Below, in pieces: positions 57,507-64,000 of a stretch of 64,000 nucleotides of DNA (positions within the stretch are counted from its first letter, which is position 1; each line of letters starts with the position of its first letter). Source of the stretch: an uncultured Bacilli bacterium (GTDB taxonomy: Bacteria; Bacillota_I; Bacilli_A; RF39; UBA660). The position numbers and the translations under genes are program-made. The notes below the pieces were generated by a model, which ran no database searches, was not told the origin of the DNA, and worked only from the letters and a program-made list of their open reading frames with translations. Location of the stretch: the NCBI GenBank assembly GCA_934096405.1, contig CAKOLW010000004.1, positions 595 to 64,594 on the forward strand, written 5' to 3'.

Positions 57507-58348
57507 TTTTTACTCCTTTGATAATATTCATATAACTCATTTTTACTTATTTCATTGTTTTTTGCAACTTCTTTTATAGCATCGTTAGATCTTAATCCTA
57601 ATTCTATTAATCTTTTAACCTCTATTACATATTTGTCATAATCAACAATATGATTACTTTCATTTTTTTGTATTACTATAACAAACTCACCTATTGGGTT
57701 ATTATAAAATTTTAGTGCTCCAATAACATCTCCTCTATAAACTTCCTCATGTAGTTTAGATATTTCCCGGGAAATACTAATTATTCTATTTTCCAATACT
57801 TTATAAATATTTTGTAAAGTTTTAATTAATCTATGAGGTGCTTCATATAAAACAATAGTAAAGTTGATATTTTTTAACATTTCTAATTCTTTAATTGCTT
57901 GACTATCTTTAGAGTTTAAAAACCCATAAAATAAAAATTTATCAGCAGATATATTAGACATAGCTAATGCCGGTACAAAAGCACAAGCCCCTGGTAAAGC
58001 CACTACCGAATGGTTATTTTTAATGACTTCACTTACAACTAAACTACCAGGATCACTTATTAATGGAGTTCCTCTATCAGTTACCAAAGCTATGTTATTA
58101 CCATCATTTAATAATTCAATAGCAACTTTCATCATTTTACTTTCATTAAACTTATGACATGCAACTACTTCATTTTTTATATTAAGAAATTTTAATAACT
58201 GTTTAGTAACTCTTGTATCCTCAGCAAATATAATATCAACTTTAGATAGAACTTCAATTGCTCTATTAGTTATATCTTTCAAATTACCAATAGGTGTAGG
58301 AACTAAATATAAAACACCTGTATCTTTTTCATAACTTTTTTGTATCAT
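57503..58348 (-). CDS. rsmI: 16S rRNA (cytidine1402-2'-O)-methyltransferase
   Basis: 281 aa with LYLVPTPIGNLKDIT, AEDTRVT and SDPG. It has a 4-nt overlap with pth. Confidence 0.92.
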   Translation of the reverse strand: MIQKSYEKDTGVLYLVPTPIGNLKDITNRAIEVLSKVDIIFAEDTRVTKQLLKFLNIKNEVVACHKFNESKMMKVAIELLNDGNNIALVTDRGTPLISDPGSLVVSEVIKNNHSVVALPGACAFVPALAMSNISADKFLFYGFLNSKDSQAIKELEMLKNINFTIVLYEAPHRLIKTLQNIYKVLENRIISISREISKLHEEVYRGDVIGALKFYNNPIGEFVIVIQKNESNHIVDYDKYVIEVKRLIELGLRSNDAIKEVAKNNEISKNELYEYYQRSKK

Positions 58349-58350
58349 AA

Positions 58351-59076
58351 TTACCTCTCAAACATTTTAATTATTTCATCCGTGTACGTTCCATCTTCAT
58401 TATGACATACTAATGGTTCTAAAACTTTTAATCCAACTTTTCCATCCTTGACAGCACTTATTAAAAATAAATTAGACTCCTCATTTTTTTTTGGATAAAT
58501 AAACTGAACAACTTTAGGTTCTAAATTATTTTTTTTCAATGTCAATACCACATCAGTAAATCTTTCTGTTCTATGAACCATTATTAAACTACATCCATTT
58601 TTTAGTATTTTTTTAGCCATATTACATATATCTTGCAACGTAACACAAATTTCATGTCTAGCAACTGATTTTACCATATTTTTGTTAAAATTGCTAGATT
58701 TTTCTATTTTAAAATATGGAGGATTGCAAGTAATTAAATCAACAGAATCAGATTTTATATATTTATTTAAATGATTAATGTCTAAATTCAAAATATTAAT
58801 TTGATCTTCCAAGTTATTTATCTTGATTGATTCATTAGCAAGTTCACAAACTTTTTCCTGAATTTCAACACCAATTATTTTGGCATTAGTCATAGTGCTT
58901 AAAATTAATGGAATAGGCGCATTCCCTGTACAAAAATCTACAATTGTTTTTATTTTAGATGTTAAATTGCAAAAATGTGGAAGAATTATAGATTCTAAAC
59001 TAAAGTTAAAATATTCTGTATTTTGAACAATTTTCATGTTTTTATAACCAACTAAATCATTTATTACAATTGCCAT
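58351..59076 (-). CDS. SAM-dependent methyltransferase, YabB/TrmN6-like (tRNA m6A37)
   Basis: 241 aa with a SAM site VDFCTGNAPIPL and the N6-adenine motif ITCNPPYF. Confidence 0.75.
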   Translation of the reverse strand: MAIVINDLVGYKNMKIVQNTEYFNFSLESIILPHFCNLTSKIKTIVDFCTGNAPIPLILSTMTNAKIIGVEIQEKVCELANESIKINNLEDQINILNLDINHLNKYIKSDSVDLITCNPPYFKIEKSSNFNKNMVKSVARHEICVTLQDICNMAKKILKNGCSLIMVHRTERFTDVVLTLKKNNLEPKVVQFIYPKKNEESNLFLISAVKDGKVGLKVLEPLVCHNEDGTYTDEIIKMFER

Positions 59077-59869
59077 CGCATAAACTATTCATTTCAATTT
59101 CAATTTTTCCTACATTTAAAACATTAACTACATACGTTCTTTTAAGAATGTCAACTGAAATTACTTTACCTTCTCCTTTTTCAGTTATTACACTATCTCC
59201 CACATTAGGCATATTTTTTTTATAACAAGAATAAACATTGTCCTCATAATTTAAACAACACAAAAGTCTTCCACACTGACCATTTATTTTATTTGGGTTC
59301 AAAGCAATATTTTGATTTTTAGCCATATTAATTGATACTGAATCCAAATCTTTTAAAAAACAGCCACAACACAATTCTCTTCCACATTGTCCTATACCAG
59401 ACACATTTTTAGCTTTATCTCTAGCACCAATTTGACGTAGTTCAATCCTAGTTTTATATATTGAAGCTAACTCCTTAGCTAATTCTCTAAAATCAATCCT
59501 ACTTTCAGATACAAAAGTTAACAATAATTGAGCTCTATCCAAAGTAAAACTAGCATTTACAAATTTCATATTTAAATTATATTTATTAGCAATTCTTTTT
59601 GCATCCTCTATTGCACTAATTGCATCTTTTTTATTACGTTTATAACTATTTATATCAGACATAGTTGCTCTTTTTATTATTTTAGTTGTATTATCACTAA
59701 TTTGCTTATTCATTACATTTAACATTAATAAAGTAGCTAATTCCAATCCTCTATCATTTTGAACAATTACATAATCATTCTCATTTACATTTAAATCTTT
59801 AACATCGTAGAAAAAAACTTTACTATTACCATCATAAACTATACCAGCAATTTTAGTCATTTTTAACAC
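59057..59869 (-). CDS. ricT: PSP1-domain protein YaaT/RicT
   Basis: 270 aa with a PSP1 C-terminal-type core. The Cys cluster is GQCGRELCCGCF ... GQCGRLLCCLNYE. Its position after holB matches Bacillus. Confidence 0.88.
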   Translation of the reverse strand: MLKMTKIAGIVYDGNSKVFFYDVKDLNVNENDYVIVQNDRGLELATLLMLNVMNKQISDNTTKIIKRATMSDINSYKRNKKDAISAIEDAKRIANKYNLNMKFVNASFTLDRAQLLLTFVSESRIDFRELAKELASIYKTRIELRQIGARDKAKNVSGIGQCGRELCCGCFLKDLDSVSINMAKNQNIALNPNKINGQCGRLLCCLNYEDNVYSCYKKNMPNVGDSVITEKGEGKVISVDILKRTYVVNVLNVGKIEIEMNSLCDGNCNK

Positions 59870-60680
59870 CGTCCATTTCTATTAATATCCTATCCAAGCA
59901 TAAATTAACATTAATATTATAATCTAATTTACTTTCTTCATTTATTACTATAAATAATTTATTTATAATCTTTTCTTTATTATTTAAAGCTACAACACTT
60001 TTAATAGTACTCTCACAAAAATTAAAAATCTTTAACTCTTTAAAAATAAAATAATTTAAACAATCTCTATAAAAATATTTCAATACTTTTATAAAAACTT
60101 TTAAATCTTCTTTTTCCATTTTTTTATTAATCTTGGTATAAATGTAGGGCAAAGAATCATAACCATTATTTTCAAATAAAAGTATTATATCAATATAATT
60201 ATTCAAAACTTCTTCTTGAATTTCTTTTATATTATTATCTGTTGTATTATCAAACATAAGTAATTGACATCTAGATTTTATAGTTGGTAGTATTTTATTA
60301 ACATTTGAAGTAATTAAAAAAGCATATATATTTGATTGAGGCTCTTCTAAAAACTTCAATAAGCAATTTGAAGCATATTGGTTTAGCTTTTCCGCCTCTT
60401 CTATAATATAAATTCTATTTTTGTTAGTCAAAGAATAAGTTTTAAATAACTCTTGTAAGTTTATTATTTTTTCTTTTGTTATTATTCCATTTTCAGGCTT
60501 TATGTAAATTATATCAGGATTATCAAAAATTTTTTCAGTTTTATCAAAAAAATAATTTGAAAATATGTATTCCAAATCATCTTTAATATTTTGATAAAAT
60601 GTATTACATATTAAAAAAGCATGAGACATTCTGTTAAAATCATATAATTGTTGAAAATGCTTAATTAACATATTATTCAT
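59853..60680 (-). CDS. holB: DNA polymerase III delta-prime subunit
   Basis: 275 aa with RMSHAFLI (degenerate P-loop position), IYIIEEAEKLN, ASNCLLKFLEEP and TIKSRCQ. Confidence 0.8.
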   Translation of the reverse strand: MNNMLIKHFQQLYDFNRMSHAFLICNTFYQNIKDDLEYIFSNYFFDKTEKIFDNPDIIYIKPENGIITKEKIINLQELFKTYSLTNKNRIYIIEEAEKLNQYASNCLLKFLEEPQSNIYAFLITSNVNKILPTIKSRCQLLMFDNTTDNNIKEIQEEVLNNYIDIILLFENNGYDSLPYIYTKINKKMEKEDLKVFIKVLKYFYRDCLNYFIFKELKIFNFCESTIKSVVALNNKEKIINKLFIVINEESKLDYNINVNLCLDRILIEMDGVKND

Positions 60681-60693
60681 AAAATCACCTACT

Positions 60694-60879
60694 TTATATT
60701 ATATAGTTTTGTAATACAAGAAAGCCAAAAATAGCAGGTAGACCTAAAAAAGATACTATTCCAATACTAAAAAAATTAATTGGTATTACTATTCCAGCAC
60801 TCATAACTATAAGGTCAAATGTATATAACATACATATTGACATAATAACTCTTTTTATAATAAATACTATCAATTGCAT
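60694..60879 (-). CDS. bofA: pro-sigma-K processing inhibitor BofA
   Basis: GIVIPINFFSIGIVSFLGLPAIFGFLVLQNYII parallels the Bacillus BofA C-terminus GIHVPINLVTTAISGILGIPGIAALVVIKQFII. GGAGG lies 5 nt before the ATG at 60879. Confidence 0.75.
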   Translation of the reverse strand: MQLIVFIIKRVIMSICMLYTFDLIVMSAGIVIPINFFSIGIVSFLGLPAIFGFLVLQNYII

Positions 60880-60916
60880 AAAAACCTCCAATAAATAGTA
60901 TTTTCTTTTTTAATAT

Positions 60917-61516
60917 TTATGACAACAATTTTCTATCATCCATAGCTCTTATTATTGTTAATGGATCAAGATATTCAATATCAGCGTTTACAGGCAAACC
61001 ATAAGATAACCTAGAAACCTTAACATTTTTTCCCTCAAGTCTTTTATTTATATAAAGTGATGTCATTTCACCTTCAACGGTTGGACTTAAAGATAATATT
61101 ATTTCTTTTACATTATTGTTAATTCTAGAATTAATTAATGAGTTAATATTTATATCATCAGGATTTATATCATCCATAGGTGAAATTAATCCACCCAAAA
61201 CATGATAAATACCATTAAATTTTCCTGTTTTTTCAATCATAAAGACACTCTTTGAATCCTCAACAACACAAATTAAATTTTTATCACGATTATCATTTGA
61301 ACAAATATTACATACATCTGAATTAGTTAAATGACCGCAAATAGAACACTTTTTAATATTTTTTTTAAAATTCAATAAACTATTTGAAAAATTTTTTACA
61401 ATTTCTAAATCAAGATCATTTATTGCATAAACATACCTTTCCGCTGTCTTATTACCTATACCAGGAAGTTTTTTAAAGCTTTCCAACAATTCTTCAAATT
61501 CCTCAGGATATATCAT
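60917..61516 (-). CDS. recR: recombination protein RecR
   Basis: 199 aa with the HhH LPGIGNKTAERY, a Zn finger CSICGHLTNSDVCNICS and a Toprim domain. Confidence 0.96.
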   Translation of the reverse strand: MIYPEEFEELLESFKKLPGIGNKTAERYVYAINDLDLEIVKNFSNSLLNFKKNIKKCSICGHLTNSDVCNICSNDNRDKNLICVVEDSKSVFMIEKTGKFNGIYHVLGGLISPMDDINPDDININSLINSRINNNVKEIILSLSPTVEGEMTSLYINKRLEGKNVKVSRLSYGLPVNADIEYLDPLTIIRAMDDRKLLS

Positions 61517-61519
61517 TTA

Positions 61520-61807
61520 TTAGAATAAACCTCCCAATCCGTTAGTATATTTTCCAAGTTTTTCTGATTTTGTTTTTTTAATTTTAGAGAGTGCATCATT
61601 TACTGCTACTAAAATCATATCAGATAATAACTCATTATCATCTACATTCTCAAGGATTTGTACAGACAGAACTTCATAATTTCCTCTAACAATTACTTTA
61701 ATTGCACCACTATTACCTTCAAATTCAGTACTTTCTATATCTTTTGTCACCTTTTCTAGTTCACGTTGCATCTTTTGAGCTTGCGCCATTATAGTTTGCA
61801 TATTCAT
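61520..61807 (-). CDS. ybaB: nucleoid-associated protein YbaB/EbfC
   Basis: 95 aa with MQTIMAQAQKMQRELEK. It lies between dnaX and recR. Confidence 0.93.
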   Translation of the reverse strand: MNMQTIMAQAQKMQRELEKVTKDIESTEFEGNSGAIKVIVRGNYEVLSVQILENVDDNELLSDMILVAVNDALSKIKKTKSEKLGKYTNGLGGLF

Positions 61808-61821
61808 AAATTTTCCTCCTC

Positions 61822-63459
61822 TTATTTCATATTAACGGATTCTTCACCGAAAATACCATTCGCAAAAGACTGTGCATCATCTTCAATTACCTCACAATCT
61901 AATTTTACCTCATTTTCTTCGATAAATATATACTTTTCTCCATTTTTTTTCTTAAAAATATACTGATTTTTAATATTTTCCCACACATGTTGTAATACAG
62001 ATACAATTTTTACATTTTTTTCAAGAATACTACTTACCAAACTTTCAATTAATAATAAATTTTCATAAAATAACTCTAAATTCGTTAAATTATCAAATGA
62101 AAATAATATATATTTTTCTGAAGCACATACGATATTAGCTGAATTTAATAATACGACTATAGAATTATATTTTTTGTCTGACATATAGTCATTAATCTCA
62201 GTCAATTTATTCTTATATTCTAATAAAATATCTTTATTAGCCTCACACAATACATTATTAATTCTAATTTTTTTAATTTTATCATAATTTTTCAAATTAT
62301 TAACACTATTTTTTTCATTATCACTAACTAAATTTTCAGATGTATCACTTATTTTAACTTCAGACATTTCAGTAGTATTTTTATATTGATCAGGACCCTC
62401 AAATAACTTAAAAATATTAAGTAAATAAATTTCAACTAACATTTTTTGATTCGAAGAGTTTTTTAATTCAAGAGAAAGTTCTGTTAACATTTTAGTAATT
62501 GTAAGATTTTGTTTTTCCATAAAACTATATTTATTTAAAATATTAGAATACTCAGTGTTAAAATAATCGGGAATTTGAATATTAATAGAAACATCACGCA
62601 AAAATATTAACATTTTGTTAACTAAATCTAATAAATTTTTTCCTTGTGATGAAATATTATCTAATAACTCCAACATTTTTTTATAGTCGACTGTTTTAAT
62701 ATATATAAATAATTCTTTTATTGTTTCATCAGAAATTTTACCACTTAACTGTTCAATGTCGGATACAGATATATTTTGTTTATTTAAACTTAAAACTTGA
62801 TCTAACAAATTAATTGCATCTCTTAATCCTCCATCAGCAACATTAGAAATATAACTTATTACATCTTCTGATAATGATTTATTTTCAGAACTTAAAATAT
62901 ATTTTAATCTTTCAGAAATATCATTTTCAGATAATCTAGAAAAATCAAAACGTTGACAACGTGACAATATAGTTAAAGGTATTTTATTAATTTCTGTTGT
63001 AGCCAATATAAATATTACATGTGCTGGTGGTTCTTCTAAAGTTTTAAGTAAAGCATTAAAAGCTCCAGTTGACAACATGTGAACTTCATCTATAATATAT
63101 ATTTTATATTTACAGAAAGAAGGTAATAATTTTGCATTATCTCTTATAGTTCTAATTTCTTCGACACCATTATTACTAGCAGCATCTATTTCAATAATAT
63201 CTATATCGTTTTTTTCTAAATTAATACAATTTTCACATTTGCCACATATGTCATCGTGAAAATCCAAACAATTCACCGCTTTTGCAAAAATTTTTGCAAT
63301 ACTAGTTTTACCAGTTCCTCTTGGCCCAGCAAACAAATACGCATGTGAAATATGTCCTGTCATCAAAGAGTTTTTTAAAATGTTAACAACTATTTTTTGC
63401 CCAACAACATTAGAAAAATTTGATGGTCTATATTTTCTGTATAAAGCTGTATAAGACAT
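61822..63459 (-). CDS. dnaX: DNA polymerase III subunit tau/gamma
   Basis: 545 aa with YRKYRPSNFSNVVGQ, GPRGTGKTS, the Zn module CGKCENC, DEVHMLS and SRCQRF. Confidence 0.95.
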   Translation of the reverse strand: MSYTALYRKYRPSNFSNVVGQKIVVNILKNSLMTGHISHAYLFAGPRGTGKTSIAKIFAKAVNCLDFHDDICGKCENCINLEKNDIDIIEIDAASNNGVEEIRTIRDNAKLLPSFCKYKIYIIDEVHMLSTGAFNALLKTLEEPPAHVIFILATTEINKIPLTILSRCQRFDFSRLSENDISERLKYILSSENKSLSEDVISYISNVADGGLRDAINLLDQVLSLNKQNISVSDIEQLSGKISDETIKELFIYIKTVDYKKMLELLDNISSQGKNLLDLVNKMLIFLRDVSINIQIPDYFNTEYSNILNKYSFMEKQNLTITKMLTELSLELKNSSNQKMLVEIYLLNIFKLFEGPDQYKNTTEMSEVKISDTSENLVSDNEKNSVNNLKNYDKIKKIRINNVLCEANKDILLEYKNKLTEINDYMSDKKYNSIVVLLNSANIVCASEKYILFSFDNLTNLELFYENLLLIESLVSSILEKNVKIVSVLQHVWENIKNQYIFKKKNGEKYIFIEENEVKLDCEVIEDDAQSFANGIFGEESVNMK

Positions 63460-63507
63460 ATCTAATCACCCAATAAAATTATATCATAATGAATAAATAA
63501 AATGTAT

Positions 63508-63918
63508 TTACTTTCTTTTATTTTCAAAAAAATTTGTTAATAAGTCAGAATAATTATTTTTATATTTAATTTCTTTTATAAACTTAGTTTTATAATTAAT
63601 AAACTTATTAGCACTAGATAAATAATAAACTTTTTTTATCCTAGACTCTTTAATAATTTCTTTGCACATATGACAGGGTTCCAAAGTTACATACATAGTA
63701 CAATCATCCAATCTCCAATCTTTTATTTTTTTACAAGCCTTAATAATGCAAGAAATCTCAGCGTGTCCTAGAAGATTAGATGTTTTTTTTCTTTTGTTAA
63801 TAGACTTAGCTATAATTTTGTTATTTTTTACAATTAGTGCAGCAACTGGCACTTCATCTTTTACATATGCCTTTTTAGCTAAGTTAATAAGTATGTCAAA
63901 ATACACTTTATTGTTCAT
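63508..63918 (-). CDS. tadA: tRNA-specific adenosine deaminase
   Basis: 136 aa with the CDA zinc motifs HAEISCI and PCHMC. Confidence 0.9.
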   Translation of the reverse strand: MNNKVYFDILINLAKKAYVKDEVPVAALIVKNNKIIAKSINKRKKTSNLLGHAEISCIIKACKKIKDWRLDDCTMYVTLEPCHMCKEIIKESRIKKVYYLSSANKFINYKTKFIKEIKYKNNYSDLLTNFFENKRK

Positions 63919-64000
63919 AACTATATTCCTTTCAACAATGTTCCACGTGAAACACTAGTAATGTAATGAAAAATTTAAAATAAAAAAATTTTATTTTAAA

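Noticed and set aside
63460-63507. SRP/4.5S RNA expected between tadA and dnaX by Bacillus synteny
   Set aside because: Only 48 bp of AT-rich spacer are present, with no GC-rich hairpin or GGAA tetraloop-type domain IV.
63939-63954. Near-palindrome TGTTCCACGTGAAACA just upstream of the tadA RBS
   Set aside because: The symmetry is imperfect (two mismatches) and gives a stem of only 5 bp. It is a single copy with no known operator match.

Overview
The window is very AT-rich (about one quarter G+C by eye, not computed). It looks like chromosomal DNA of a low-GC, endospore-forming Firmicute. I support about 72 protein genes, 62 of them on the minus strand. I recognised no rRNA, tRNA, CRISPR array, IS element or prophage. 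Most of the window is a compacted version of the origin-proximal Bacillus gene order. Reading down the minus strand it runs tadA-dnaX-ybaB-recR-bofA-holB-yaaT-yabB-rsmI-pth-mfd-spoVT, then rpmE-rpiB-spoIID-spoIIQ-like, csp-hpf-secA, and tatD ... rsmA-yabG-veg-spoVG-yabP-yabQ, followed by asnB-argS-divIC-pcrA ... ligA. Accessory or unusual parts are listed here.
- An agr-type peptide quorum-sensing locus contains a 38-codon agrD that is missing from the ORF track. Its sensor/regulator pair converges on it from the opposite strand.
- An exact-consensus CIRCE operator overlaps the promoter of a clpB that lacks the N-domain.
- A Nudix gene is bracketed by two nearly identical 28-nt hairpins.
- An identical promoter-to-RBS module precedes both yabP and yabG.
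- A small island between pcrA and ligA holds a cytoplasmic subtilase-like protein, a coiled-coil protein and a decayed DUF4143 ATPase.
- A coaC-orf-truncated coaB operon sits next to an ASCH / APH-kinase / UDG-like operon and a dNMP-kinase-like gene.
- A cysteine desulfurase, a thioredoxin and a thioredoxin-DsbD-like membrane fusion form a translationally coupled cassette.
- Several proteins have visibly degenerate catalytic motifs: GGDEF reads DGNEF, the M23 peptidase has lost two His residues, and the OatA-like protein carries a second SGNH-like module without its Ser.

I found no clear-cut complete novel system. The candidates above are ranked honestly in the findings. All family calls rest on motifs read by eye and need HMM or BLAST confirmation.
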